DNA of 64,000 nucleotides from Chrysomallon squamiferum (lineage: Eukaryota; Animalia; Mollusca): the NCBI GenBank assembly GCA_012295275.1, contig CM022671.1:24800001-24864000 (forward strand), given 5' to 3'. This document shows, in pieces, positions 26,332 to 41,296 of the stretch. The position numbers were made by a program, and so were the translations under genes. The notes beneath the pieces were generated by a model. The model had not been told where the DNA came from. It ran no database searches and saw only the letters and a program-made list of their open reading frames with translations. Within the stretch, counting starts at the first letter, position 1. The number at the start of each line of letters is the position of its first letter.

Positions 26332-28278
26332 TAATAAATAAAAAATGAATAAAAATATAATAATAATAATAAAAATATATTAGACAATAAAAGTCATTAT
26401 CATTTAATGTCAAAATAAAAGGTAAAAAAAAAAAATATCCTTCAATTTTTATTAATTTTTATAAAAGAAAATATATCAAAAAAAAAAAATAATAATTGTG
26501 TCTGTGAAAAGATTTCTTGTTCAGGTACACACAACATCACTGACTTTAGGTAGTAAATAAAATAGTTTCATCTGTTGGATATTTTTGTAAATGTTTTACA
26601 GACATTAAAATAATATAAAAAAAAAAAAATAAATAAACTGAAATTTTGTAAAATAAAAAAACCCAGGTAATGAAATTATTAATACCTGGCATTTTGGATG
26701 TCGGAGATCAGAATGCATTAATTTATGAATGTCTTTTCTGTCCAGGCTTACTAACATTTTCACATTCTGTTTGTAGGCAGCACAGATTATATAATTGCCA
26801 CAACTCAGATTATACACGGTTCACAACTAATTCGTCAATATATTTCACATTTTGAATCAGAAAATGCTTGTAAATTATAAAGAAAAAGGAAGAGTGGTTG
26901 GTGTTTGTATTAACTTCCCATATATTTGTCCCAGTCTGCAGTTTTGATCCATTTAAAAACCCAAGATGTAATGATTAATGTACATAAATCTTTTTAATTT
27001 CTTTTATTACTCTAAAGAAAACTTCACAAAAGTTAACTTAGTAGGTTATTTTTGGTTCCATTATTTGATAATTTAAAATAAAATAATCTGGAATGATTTT
27101 TAAAACTTCTTCCATAGGATAACTGTATCAGCAGAGCCTGATAAATTGCCATAAAAATGTAATACAGAAAAGGAATGTGGTTGTTTCATATGTTGTAAAC
27201 TATGTTAATTTTCTAAATTGATTAATAGTTTCTGCACATTAGTATTCCACTGTTTGACACCCTGTTCATCCTTTTTGTTTGTCTAACATACACGTCTAAC
27301 ACACTCACACACATGCATACACACCTTTATGCTGTTGAATATGAATATATTTAAAATAATAAATAAATAATTATTAAAGGCTGCAGTATGTCCTTTCATA
27401 TCACATAAAAGATGTTTTAATTGACAAGAGTACTTTATGAAATAAATAAGCTCATTTTCTCTCTTCTATCATCACAATAATATTAAAAGTGTTAAACAAA
27501 TATTCATTCATTTCTCAGATTATTAATGATCATTGCTTGAAAAGAATTCTTCACAATATAGTTTATCTTTAACATTTTTCTAATGGATCACTGTACATTT
27601 TACTTACCAGTTTTATCTTCATAACTGATGTATTCTGTTATACTGGAGTGTTACCATTTATCCCCTGCTTTGCTTTTTCACTTATTCCTTTGATGAAAGC
27701 AACACATCTTCTCAGTAACACAAAGCTTCTAATTCTTTTTACATACATAGCATTTTCTCACTACCAATTAGTATATGCATGTAAATCCATACATAATTTA
27801 TTCAAAAGTATTGCACATTCAGGTCTTAAGAAATAATCTTTCAAAAAAACAAATTAAAAACAAATAACAACAGAACAATATGTTTATCCAAATATCTTAA
27901 TCTTTATACTTTTTTCATTAAGGTTGGTTGTGATTTCAGAATATGATAAAAAATTGTTTCTGTTGCTTTTTCTTTAAAATGAGCCTCATATTACCTGTAC
28001 AGATTTTGTGTTAAAGCTAAATGTTCTGATCTTTTCTTTTCTGCAAATACAAAAATGACTACTTAGTATCCAGACTGATTAAGCATCAGCTTTACCACAT
28101 TTACATCTTCCAAAATCTTTTTATTTTATTATCATATTTAAAAAAGAATAAAAATAAATGTTTTTTCATTTCAGGTGGAACAGATTATGTTATTGCCACA
28201 ACAAAGATAATCACAGGAAAATCTCTAATCAGTTCAATAACAGATAAACTAGAAGTTGTTAAACTGAATCCATTTTGA
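15170..28278 (+). CDS. VPS33A: Vacuolar protein sorting 33A (Sec1/Munc18 family, HOPS/CORVET subunit), 16 exons, ~613 aa
   Basis: Exons 15170-15280, 15875-15940, 16581-16708, 18358-18442, 19805-19909, 20462-20578, 21112-21286, 21808-22001, 22924-23014, 23207-23281, 23653-23732, 24013-24099, 24967-25098, 25476-25644, 26055-26177, 28175-28278; all GT-AG and frame-consistent. Peptides [80 protein letters not shown] and [17 protein letters not shown] match VPS33A. An upstream in-frame ATG at 15113 is possible. Confidence 0.95.
21466..21615 (+). repeat. Ectopic 150-bp copy of the VPS33A intron 10/exon 11 junction (23571-23720) inside intron 7
   Basis: Identical except for one base near the start; offset 2105 bp. 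It includes the acceptor TTTTCACCAG and 68 of the 80 exon bases. Confidence 0.92.
24380..24790. mobile_element. Probable interspersed repeat/MITE-like insertion in VPS33A intron 12
   Basis: GC-richer island with ~20-bp inverted ends (CATCTCAGATTTTTATGAAA near 24387 vs TTTTATAAAAATGTGAGATG near 24766) and four internal AAGGTCA motifs. No TSD was established. Confidence 0.45.
26777..26880 (+). CDS. VPS33A: Candidate alternative terminal exon (16a) of VPS33A
   Basis: Acceptor CTGTTTGTAG|GC, phase 1 as exon 15 requires. It is 104 nt to the stop and encodes [34 protein letters not shown], paralogous to [34 protein letters not shown] (28175-28278, also 104 nt). Confidence 0.75.
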
Positions 28279-31200
28279 ACTAACATTTATATGGGATTTT
28301 ATCAGAGTGGATTCGATGTACTCACAGTTATTCTTTTGTTAATCTATGAAATATGTGTGCAGATGAAAAACTGTATGTTGATAATGTTATAGGAGTCATC
28401 TGATTTGCTGCTAATCCAGTGTTTCGAAATGTTGATAATCTTTCACGCAACAAGACATTCAGTTTTTTTTAATAAACTTACATGAAGCATGTTTCTGAAA
28501 ATCACCTAACTCATCGATTATCCAATGTTCTAAATTATCATTATGTGATTTTTTAAACTTTTGAGACAAATTTATATAAATGTATAAATGTATAAACTGT
28601 CTGCCAGTTTAAGAGTCACTGTGTTTACAAAAATGACACTGATGTTTAAAAAATATTCAGTAACAAAGAATGAAGTAAGAAATCAAACATACTTTATCAT
28701 GCTTTAATTAAATTCCAGTGCAATACATATACATATATATTTATTATTACATATTTAACCAAATTGAAAATAAAATGTAAAAATATGTTAATGTTAAAAT
28801 AAATGAAGGTCATTGATAATATTTTTTTCTTTTTCTTTTTAATTGATTATTTGAATTCAGTTTGTTTACTGGATTTATTTCTTAGTAATTATACTTCAAT
28901 TTCTTAAATTATTTATACCTGATTCACAAAAAAGGATCGTTAAACCAGGGCTGATTATTCAGTCATAACAAATAAATACTGCATGAGGATGAAAATGTGG
29001 CGGAATATAATCATATAATTTCACTTATTCAACTGAGATATATATATAGTATGATATATTTTTAGTTATTACGTTTAATCATTTGTTGAAAGTTACTAAA
29101 GCTATTTATGATAAAATACATTATTCTACTTGATAAAATATTTATATATAAACATACAGATAAATTGCAATGATTTGTAATTTTGAACTAGTAACATTTG
29201 CCCATTATCATTTGCTTCCCTTTCAGTTTGGATTCAGCATATCATAAAACATGTATTAAGTTTCATGCTTTTTGTCACATGAGCAGTTCTTGACCAAATT
29301 TTTCAAATGTCAGGTTTGCTAGAAGCAGTTTAGAATACAATTTTATAGAGATTAATAAATAGTTGAAAAATATTTTGACTAAAATGATAAAGGTAACAAT
29401 AAAAACAAATACTTTTGCCAAGGAACAAACCAGTTTTATTAACCAAGAGGAGAAAAAAAAAAAATAATAATTACGAACAAAATTAAAATTAAAATTATGG
29501 CTAAAACAAAAACACAAAAACAAAATAATATGAATTATTCTTAAATATTCAGTAAAACCTATCACAGTATTACATTTGAAAATAAAATAATGAACCATTA
29601 AAAAAAAAAAAATGTAATTATCTTTTAACACATATTTTAAAATGCTGGTGTATTTAACTTGAGGGCGCCATTATATTTAATACATTTTTAGTACAATAGC
29701 ATATTTAACATACATTTGAACAGTCCAGTATAATTAAGAAATCAAAGCATCATAAATCAAATGTACAAAAAGGACATACCATTTTTTTCACTTAACAATA
29801 AAAGCACAACTTAAATATTTAACTAACACTTACCTTAAAAAAAAAAAAAAAAAAAAAAAAAGATAAAAGAAAAAAAACCACCATAAAAACCACTCACAAC
29901 CCCCCCCCAGATCTTTCTCAAATCAGGTCAAACAAAAATTCTGTGAAAAGAAATTAAATCATTTTAAGTCATTTTTGTTTTTAAAAATTATAATACAAAA
30001 TAAATAAATAAATAAATAAAATTAATGAACAAATAAATTGCTTCTGATTCTCTTCAGGGTCATTTATGATTTAACAAAGAAAAAGATCAGGTGAAACACA
30101 AAGCATCTGATACTAAGCAGACAGATACAGAGACATATTTTCACACAAGAATGTTATGTATGAAAAAGTATAAAACATGAACACTAAATAAGAAACCAAA
30201 ATCAGTAAATAATAATAATAATGAAATAAAATAATATATATATATATATGTACATACATACATACAAACATCCCAGTAACCTGCAGTTATCAATAAAGAT
30301 ATGAAATTTACCATTTTCTGCATAAATTTTATTCAGAATTTCTTTATAATTCATAGTTGAAAGCCTACAATTACCCATGATGCTGTTTTCCCAAGAATCA
30401 TTTTGTTTTTTCACACCATATTAATTTTGTTAACTGCTGCAGGGATTGCATATTAAAAATGATCACACCGTAGCTGTTTAACAATCATAACAAGTTCACT
30501 GTTATTAATAATAAAACATTATTAAATATATTATATAACTTAGGAAAAATGATAATAATAATAAAAAAAAATTAAAAGAATAATAAAGAAGTAACAATAG
30601 AATACAGAAATATAAAATGGGCTAGTTATAAAGCAAAATTAATAACTATGATATGTAAAACAAAAGGTATTGCTCATTATTATTATTATTATTATTTTTA
30701 AACCACCTTTATATTTTGAAAAATATATGCAAGTATAACATTAGCAACTTTTTTTTATTTTTACTCTCCTATACAAAGTGTTATTCTAAATAATATATTT
30801 GGTTTTTAATGCAGCAAATATATATTTTTGTTGATGTTGTGTGTGTAATTTTACTATGAATGTCTTTGTATATGCAGCATTAAGCTGTTTTAGTATTCTT
30901 TTTCTGTATCTGTAAATTATTAAAAGTATTTACATTTGACGAAAAAAAAAAAACAATAAAATAAAATAAAAAAAAATAAAAAAAAATCATTAGCATTCAC
31001 ATCCTTGTCATACCTCAATTTGTGCTTCCATTAATACCCACAAACCAGTAAATATATTTTGAATAACAGTAGTAACAGACAAAAACTAAAAAGCTTTTGT
31101 CTATCTGATACTGATGGAATGACTGACTTTGATTATATTAAGAACTGCTGATATTATAGATAAAGTGTACAACTTTTCAGATATTCAGTAGAAAGAATCT

Positions 31201-32850
31201 GAAGTGAAATGCTTATGGACAAGATATATATTAAATGATTTACATGAAATTATTTACAAAATTCAGATAAAAAATGAAATCTTTATGGTATAAAAATGCA
31301 TATGAGTACCTGCAACACAAATAATTAAAGCTGGAACATTTAAATACAAATAACACAGAAATAACATTAATTAAACTGTAATGTGAAATATGAAAAAGCA
31401 TATATCATGTACTATAAATAATAAGTACAGTCCTACAACAAGTGTTCTTAAATACATCCTAATTTAATTGAAAGATACAAAATAAATTAACAGCAGTTAC
31501 TAGAAATTTGAAAAATGCTACAACAAAAATGCTTGGTATCAAATATAATCAACAGCTTAAAAGTTTGTAGTCTTCTAATGACAGTTCTTTTCTTTCTTTT
31601 TCTTTTGGTTAAATTTATTTAGTTCTTTAAAATCTGCTGTGTTAATAATAGTACATTATATTACATGGACATTATCATTTTCCATGGTTCTGCGACATGA
31701 TTTGATATATAAATATATAAAATACAACAGTAGATTTAAGATATGACCATGATTTTTACTCGTAGAATCTTGATTATCTGCTATTTTACACAAGATAATA
31801 ATTATAATAATTGTAAAAAATATAATTAAAAAAGAAATGTTCTTTTTATTTCATTGTATACTTCATACTGATCAAGTAACAAATAAAACAATCATTTGGA
31901 AGTGTACAACATTTATTTAAACTATTTGTTTCCATTATTAATAATATTATCATGTATTTTTTTGTTGTATTTTTTATTCATTTTAATGATTGGATGAATA
32001 ATGTAACTGATACCTCCCCAACAAATCAGAAAAATAATTAAAAAGAAAAAGAAAATGACTTGGTTGTACATGTACTTTAAAAATAATAAAAAAGTGTTTG
32101 TCTTGTTGATTTTAATTATTAGTGTATAAGAATATCAAGATATCAATATCCATCAGACAATATTGTGTAAGAATATGCTAAGTAGTCCCCATACAACAAA
32201 AAGTTTGAGGTCACTATAATGTAGTGTGTGATGTGAATATGTCCTGTATTATTTGCAATCGAAAACAGTTGATGAAAGAATAAAAGTATACTCAGAAAAG
32301 TAAAATGGCCATCTAGTTAAGAAATCTGTGCTGACTTGTTTGTAGGTATTTATACAGTAGGTAGTACAGCATGGTGTACTCTAAACAAATATGTAACCTT
32401 GATGTTGCCAAATACCCCAGTTGTAATCATTATTACTTTTCTCAACATACTGTTTGGGACTTTGGCTGTATGAAGTTATCTGATAGTAGGTAGCGCACAT
32501 CTAAACAGCAGCAACTCGTATGACGATGAATAATGATGTGTTAGATTTGACTAATGGTTACATATTCCTTCAGTCTAAACGTCTTTTTGCTTTCTCGTAA
32601 TTTAACATACAATTTTCTTTATTTTGTTCTGCTTTTTTTCAGTACCATTAAATTCATTTTTTCTTTTATGCTTTCATTTCATATTTCTGTTTCTAGTTTT
32701 ATTCATACACTTGTTTCTCATATTCAGTTTAAAACTACATCAAAGGTCAATGTTTGACATTAAAAGTGCTCAGAAATAACAAAAATAAAATGATTCAAAT
32801 GATATTGCAAATTTTTAGTTGATCCTTCAAGGACTCAAACTCGGAATATA

Positions 32851-35248
32851 TCAATATACCACCTCATCCTTACCAAACTGTTTCACACAAGTGTCAACAA
32901 AACTAAGAATACTTGTTGCTGCTTCATTTATTGCCATGACAATCTGAGTCTCATTCTTGTCCTTGACCAATATCTCTTCATCTTTTTCTTCTTCTCTGCT
33001 TCTCTTTAAAACCTATTTTTAAATAGCAGAGCAAATGAAAACGTGTATTTGTGAAATATATATGCCACACTTCAAATACAGGATAACTGTATAGGCAGTC
33101 TTTAACAGAATACAAAAAATTGGCTAACAACTGTATCATGAATCATTATAAATACATTTATATGAAACTAAAACCTATTTTTTTATAATTAATATATTAC
33201 TATTTAAACTCTCTATAGATAATTACTTAACAGATACTGAAGAATAAACAATGCCTTGAATAAACTAAAGTAATGAAACCACAAAACACTCTCGTATCAT
33301 CTGCTATTTGTTATCATCCACCAACTGTATTTTCCTGTTAGTTATCAAAGAATTATTTACATGCAGTAAGCTACTTCCCCAAAAAGAGATGATGACATGC
33401 ATTAGCATTTGACAATTCATCTGTGGTACATGGCTGTATAAGCATTCATTCTGAGAAGGACTGACCTTGCAATCCTAAATGTCTCAGACCTGTACCTACC
33501 ACAGATGTATAACTTAGTCCTACTATGATGTATTAATAGAAATCTTATTCTACATTACTTACAGATTTATGACACAAAATGATTTATCTAAATAATCTCA
33601 TCATCAATCTATCTAGAAAACATATGATAACATATATTTTTAATACACATTCAACTAATTTATGTCTATATCCATTTTGATTCTCGATAAAAACTGTGAA
33701 TGTTTAGTTAGTAACAAATGGAAATAATTTAGCTTTCCATGTATTATTATCTAAACACACACGGACCTGAATCAGGTCCTTAACATCCATATTCAAACTA
33801 TATTCTTTCAAAATTTGTCACAAGATGAAATTCTATTGAAACAAAAACAACAACATTATAGCACTATCAATCAAAATTGTTGCTTATGTAAGCTAAAAAT
33901 GAATATCAAAAGTTATTTTAGATACTGCTCTAACAACAACATACATATTATACTCATTTTACTTTTAGTTAATTCAACATTATTTACATAAATCAGCAAA
34001 ACGTACATTACTTCTTCTAGTTTATGTAATGTGAAAAATATGGTCTGATATGGAATATTGTATATATTAACATTCTAAATCATGTCAAAGATTAACACTG
34101 TTTTTGAAATTTGTTCTTCTTGTAAATAAGCAGTATCTGAATTTACCAACATCTGTAAACAGTAAACTATAATTATTTTATAAATCTAAACCAGACTTAA
34201 CATTTGTTAACTATAACTATTATTTTTAATATATTTAGACAATATTTTGTGTCCATGCCTTTTCATTGTCATTCTGCATAATGTTCAGTTATTAAGTATA
34301 TTCTGCTCACAATATTTTTTTTTTTTTTTTTTTTTTTTTTTAATGATTATGTGATTTAGTACAATACATATTTCCTCCCAAACTTATTAATACACTTATC
34401 AATAATTTGAAGTGTATATGTTGCAGCATCATTTATTAAAGAATAGTATTCTTTTTCCTTGAGGCCATGAATCTGAAGTTCTTTTTGTTTTTTGTAGCCA
34501 GAAGACTTCACACGCCTTATAACCTAGAACGAGAACATTGGCAGTGCTAGTTAGTAAAACAAAAAACAACACATGCCCACACACTGGCATAGCTGGTTTA
34601 CAAAATACAGCAATGTATCCGACGTTATTACTTATCAACTTTAAAATACCATATATATATATATTTTTATCTTTATATTTTTTCATTTTTTTTTATCTTT
34701 TTAGTTTTTCTGTTTCATAACTGCTTGCATTGATAATATTTATGGAAGAATACTGTATGAATTACACATTAATTAAAAAAACAAGTTTTCTCAATTCATT
34801 TTATAACCTTATATTTGAAAGTTTTATTATTATTACCAGTGAATCAGTTATCCAAGATAATAAAGAAAAAAATAATAATAATAATAATAATAAAAATAAA
34901 TAAATAAAGAAAGAAAAAAGAAAATAAATATGGTAAACAAACAAATAAAGAAATAAATAAAGAAAGAAAGAAAAACTGTCATCAAGAAAAAAAAAAAACA
35001 ATTTGTCATTTCTAAAATCAGATTTGAAACAGCTAGTTTTAACCAAATTTAATATGATTCTTTTTAGTTTTTGTAATACCAGAATCATTTAGTTGTCTAT
35101 TGAAAATCAATTTGAAAGATTTTTTTAACTTGTAACACTGCTTAACATTCTGTGAGGCAAAATTCCATCAAGTAGTAAACCAGCTATGACAAAATAAAAA
35201 CACATTTTTATTATAACAGTACAAAAAAAAAAAAAAAAAAAATAATAA

Positions 35249-35296
<48 letters not shown>

Positions 35297-38077
35297 TAAA
35301 ATAAAATTAAAATAAAATAATAATCATTTTAATGATATTAACATGCAGCTAATTACTATTAAACATGCACTTAAATGTTTTTCCATTCAAAAAATTATAG
35401 TCCTCATTATACATTCAAAATAAAACCATGCTTAACAAAATAAATAATATCTACCTTACCATATCTATTTCATTTAATCAAACCTGTTGGTTTCTTTAAA
35501 AGAACTCTATCATGCTCAAAGAAATAATTTTAACAAAATGAATTTAAAAAAAGAAAAAAGAAAATTTTTATCAATGACAACATTTTAAAATTTAGTTTTA
35601 GTTTAAAACACTTATATCTTTGACTAAATTCTTCTGCAAGAACATAAAATGAAATTAATTAATTTAATTAAATTGAGTAGAAATTATTTTTAAAATTTTC
35701 TTAAGTAAATAAAATATTTTATACGTAAGCAATTATATTAGTAGATACAGGGTGAAATATGTAATTATATATGTTTGTTAATTAATTCAATAGGAATCAT
35801 TGAAAAGACAAACTAACTCACACTGGAAAATTAATAATAAGTGTATCAATACAAAATTTACAACAACATAATGATACTATCGTAAAACTAATTATAATTT
35901 AAGGATTAGACATTATTATTTGGTAAAATTGTTCCAACTCTTTTTTATTACTATTATTATTATAATTATTATTTATTATTATTATTATCATTATTATTTA
36001 TTTATCAATTTTTATCGTATTTATTTATTTACCTAAAAAACCCATACTTGACTGGATTAGTGGTCCAATAACAGGTTAAGTCAAAAGAAAACTGATACTG
36101 GATGTAGATCACATGTTATATCAATGTACTGATACACCATGCCAACAAAATCTTTTAAAATCTGACACACTGCAACCACAGCAAGCAGAAATATGGAAAT
36201 AAACATTAGAAATAAAAATTAAAAGGAATAAAAGAAATGAGACACCAAATTAACTAACATGCTTAAATTAACTAACTACTACTGCAATTTCTTACTATGT
36301 TAGTTTTCTACTTGAACTATCTAATTCCTGCCAATTTAGTTTCATCCTGTTTGTGTTTAAGTCTGATCCTATGTCAACTTGTTTTTAATGATACTCTTGT
36401 GTCTGATGCTGTCACTGTGTTATTTTAATAAACTGTTTTATAGTATCAAATTGTAAAATTAAATGAATGATAAAAGATTTAAAAACCACACACAAACAAA
36501 TACTGACACATAGTTGTTGATATATGCAAAATCCAGTTAAATGCTTTTATTATGGTTTAATCACAACAAACTCACAAATGCATGAGATGTATCTAAAGCA
36601 GTATAAACAATAGAAATATATTTTGTCAGTACTTAATACAATATTTACTATTTAAACTTTTATCATTATCAAAATTTTGACAATAAAGTTTGACAATAAA
36701 ATAAACAGGTCATGGAGCTACAAGGCTTCCAGTGTTATATTTTTCATGACACTACCTTTGATAGATAAATAACGTACAGTAATTCTTCACATACAGAGCA
36801 GTGAACTATTTTACCTAATTTATTATTACTATTATTTTTTAATATTTCTGTTTACAATATGACATTTTGATAATTTAGCAAGTTAGTGTCTGGCCTTAGT
36901 CACTCACTTATTATTATTATTATTATTTAATTACACTATATTATTAGTGAAAAAAACTGGTTACCTAAATAAATAAAAAAAACACATCATACATTTACTC
37001 CTTTTTTACACACAGCCTATTACTTTCACTCCACACTTTTTACTTCGTGTTATTACTGCTCTGTTAATTTTAGTCATGTATTAGTAATGAAGATTCTGAT
37101 GTTTACCTCTTGACCTAATGTACAGACAGACGACAATGGCTGTGACCGGGACTGACCACTGGAACATCGAAAGCAGGCGAGTGACTTGTAGACGACATTA
37201 GGAAACTGACAGTGGTAAAGGTAACCAGAGATATCAAGAGAGAGATCCTGAAATGCCTGGTCTGCATCAAAGTGGATAAGATGATCTGAAAAAATAAGAA
37301 ATAAATAAATAAAATAAATAAAATAAATTAAATAAATTAAATAAATAAAATAAATAAAAAAATAAAATAAAATAAAATAAAATAAAATAAAATAAAATAA
37401 AATAAATTAACTGTTGATAAGAATTTCAGTTACAGATAATCAAGTAATAAATTAGTAAACAGCAATAAAAACACACAACAGAGACTAGAAATAGTACAGC
37501 ATAGAAATTACAATAACCTTAGTTTAGATAAATTAATTAACTTTAAGTCAAGATCTAATAAAACAGTACAGTACAATAATTATTATTAATGACATTAATA
37601 TATATAAAATATTACTCTTACAGTGAAATGAATTTTCTTAAAAGTAAGTCAAGATTTTACTGATTAGTACATACAGTACAATAATTTTTGTTGTTGTATG
37701 TAAAATTAACTTTCTTAAAATTAAATCAGCAGTTTACAAGAAGAGTACAGAAAAACAACTTATATGGATAACATTAATTTTTTACTAATATTTTATATGA
37801 ATTATTTTGCTTAAAATTATGTTCACCTTTGTATCCTATGTGTGTTCCAGAAAGTTTGGAAATTTTCACGAATCCCCAAAGAAGAACATATTCCAGCTGT
37901 AGCTTTAACTGTCTGCTGAATTTTTTGACAGTGGTCACCATCGTCTTCAGAGGCTGCAGAGCCAGTGGTTCAGGTTTCATCACCAGTGGCATGGGAACAG
38001 TAAACAAACCTGGAAAAACAGAGTTGCTTTTGTTTTATTTTTTAATAAATGTACATATAAATTTATAAATTATTATC

Positions 38078-38143
<66 letters not shown>

Positions 38144-41100
38144 TCATCAAATTTTTTTCTTTTTTCCTTAAACATAATGTGAAATAATACTGGTACTGTA
38201 TGATTGGGAACAATAAGCAGACAGATAATAAATGAAAATTCTGCACTTTTGCATGCATGGTAATGTTAGCATAAATAACACTGATGAAATCAAAATGTGT
38301 AAGCACTATATATTTATATAAACAGAAGCCAATTATCAAGTTAATATCTAAAACATATCAGTTACAAGTAACTTTTTTTTTTATAAACTATTTTTCCAAT
38401 TAACATACTTAAAAAAAAAATTAATAACATTAACATAAAAATAATATCAGATATTTTCAACTATTTAATATTAAATTCAAACATGAGCATGACAAGCTGT
38501 CAAGTAAAATTCATATTTGATCAACCACATTTTATTATTTGCAGTCAACTGTCTGTGAAAAAAATAAACCTATCTGAACCACTCCAGTTGCTTAACATAC
38601 CTTTCAAACTTCCATCGGACTGCAGTATTGGAGAAAAGTGGCTTTTCCAGATATGATCTGAGGAGAACAGAGCTACTGTCCTAGGTGTTAGTCGGCCGGC
38701 TATTACTGGTGGGGTGTGGTACAGCTAAAATCATTTTTAGAAAATTCATGCACAATCTACCATCATCACAAGTTTGTGTGCAAAACTGTATGATTTTAAA
38801 TTTCCATTCTCTTTATTAATTAAAACTCTGTGGAACTGGATTATATTTATTACATATTGCTCCCTAGTTCTTTCTTATTAAGAAATATCATATGTATTTC
38901 TGTCACTTGAACAATAACATTTTATTATTTATTTTTTTAATGCATTTAAAAATATAACATTTTACTGAAAAAAAATGTAACTTGTTCTTTTACATTTAAT
39001 CCATTGACTGGCAGTTGGAGTATTTTTTGTTTTGTTTTTCTCCTGAATAAATAAATTACAAAATTGAAACTGTATAATGAATAAATTTACAAAAATAAGA
39101 TGTCAGAAAAATAAATAAAATACTTAACAAAGAAGGAAGAATAAATAAATGCAAAAATAATAATAATAATAATAATAAAAAAAATTGAAATAAAACAAAA
39201 TACTGACTGAATAAATTACCAACATTTAAAAAGACAGACAACAAACAAACAAATGAAACACAATACATACACCCAACAATCTATCAGTGTGGTAGGTGAT
39301 TGCCTGGGCAACGTGAAACTGATCTGGACCTTTCTCAGACACAAACATGGCTCGGGTTACAGGTTCATCCGGATTACCTGATGCAAACTGAATAAGAAAC
39401 TTTCCGCCCTGTGGATTCTGTCCTGTGGATGCAATGAGACCTTTGTAAGATCCCACCTGCTGCCCTTGGATTGACTTCTTCCAGTCACTCTCCCGAATAC
39501 CTGTCACAGAATAAGTCCAATAATGTACATAATGAGTCATCTGTCAGTGTTTCTTTCACAACAGCTTGCTCTGATTAGCACGTTAATTTTTTTCAAGTTC
39601 AAGTTCTAGTGTTTCTTAATCTAATTCAGTGACACTCACCCATGAGTCCTTATCACATAATTTCATTCATCTGTGGCTAATATTTTGTTTCATGTTTTGG
39701 ATAATTTATTTCCTTCTGCTCTCACATGTCCTTAAAACCCCCCATAAATTAGCTAATTTATTAAGAGTTTATTTTATTCACTTTTTTTAAACAGAGTACA
39801 ATTATTATAATTTTTCTTGTTCACGTGAAGTGATAATAATAAATGACAGTCTTGGAATTTATCTTCTGTGAATCATTGTTTATTTGGCCTTTTTAAGTAC
39901 AGAAAACATTTAACTATCCTGCATCATTCATTCAGCACTACAATAATTTCTTTCATGAGTGTAAGAATCATCAATATACAGAACAGGTCAAACACCAGTA
40001 ACATACAAAATAACTCTAAAATTTATTATACAGAGAATGACTCAAAACCTAGAACACACACACACAAACAAAAAAATTAATATCTATAATGTATATAAGT
40101 TAGATATTCATAATATAAAGTCAAACATTTGTAATACACGTATCTGTAATACATGCAGTATGTCAAATATTTTTATTATTTTATTATTAGCAAAGGCTGG
40201 TCCTATCACAAGCCAACAAAATCACACTGAAATAAAGCAAATTAATATATCGTACTTGTCTCTAACTTCAAACCATCAAAGACATTCATTAATGTTCTCT
40301 GTACACATACCTTTCAATCCCATATGAGCCATTAGTCTTTTTTCTCGACTACGTCGTGCATCTTGGTAATTCTTCATTGTCTTTTGAATACACTGAAATC
40401 GGGAATGAAAATTCATTTCTTTTGCATTTTGTGCTGTTGTAGGTTTGGGTTTAGCAGAAGGAACTGGAGTCTCCAATTTCTCCTGGCTGATTTCCTTGTT
40501 CTCTTTTAAGTGAGATTTTTGACTCTCGACGGTATCTGTTTTTTTCTGCTTAATAAACAAAGTAGTGCCTGGGCTAAGAACAGGATTGGGGTCCATGGAA
40601 TTTTTTAACACAACTGTCATTGTACCTGAAAGAACACAGAAGATATTAATAATAATGTAATCTAAAACCTAACAATAATTTGTCAAATGTACATGTATGT
40701 TTTGATTACAGAAAAATTGAAAAAACAAATAAATAAAAAAATTAAAAAATGCAGAACACCATAACAAAAGAATCTAAATAATTGAAGAAAAATGGAATCC
40801 TGCACTTTTATTATTTAATTAGTTGAAAGATTATATTTTTTTGAATAAAAAATCTGATAGATTTCATATAATTGTTAATATATTTACGAAAAACCAAAGA
40901 AGAAGAATGTTCTCCTTATGGAAAAACAATTTTGTTTATTATTCATGTGTCTATTGTTACTTAATTTTTAATATCAGATCCAAGCATAAATACACAAACA
41001 ATCAAACAAATAGCCACACCCTTCAAACACATATTACTATTTTTTAAATCTACTAAAAAACAAAATCATCCATGCTTAAATCATAATATTTATTTATTTT

Positions 41101-41245
41101 TCCATAACATCTCTCTCTCTCTCTCTCTCTAAACCCACTCTTTTCCCCATTATTACTACTACTACTGTTATTATTATATTATTATTATATTTTTATTATT
41201 ATTATTATTTCATTACTATTATTATATTATTATCATTATTATTAA

Positions 41246-41296
<51 letters not shown>

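Noticed and set aside
28279-32850. Several 60-118 aa ORFs between VPS33A and the kinase-like gene
   Set aside because: F/I/L/Y-rich products of AT-rich sequence, most likely convergent 3' UTRs or intergenic DNA.
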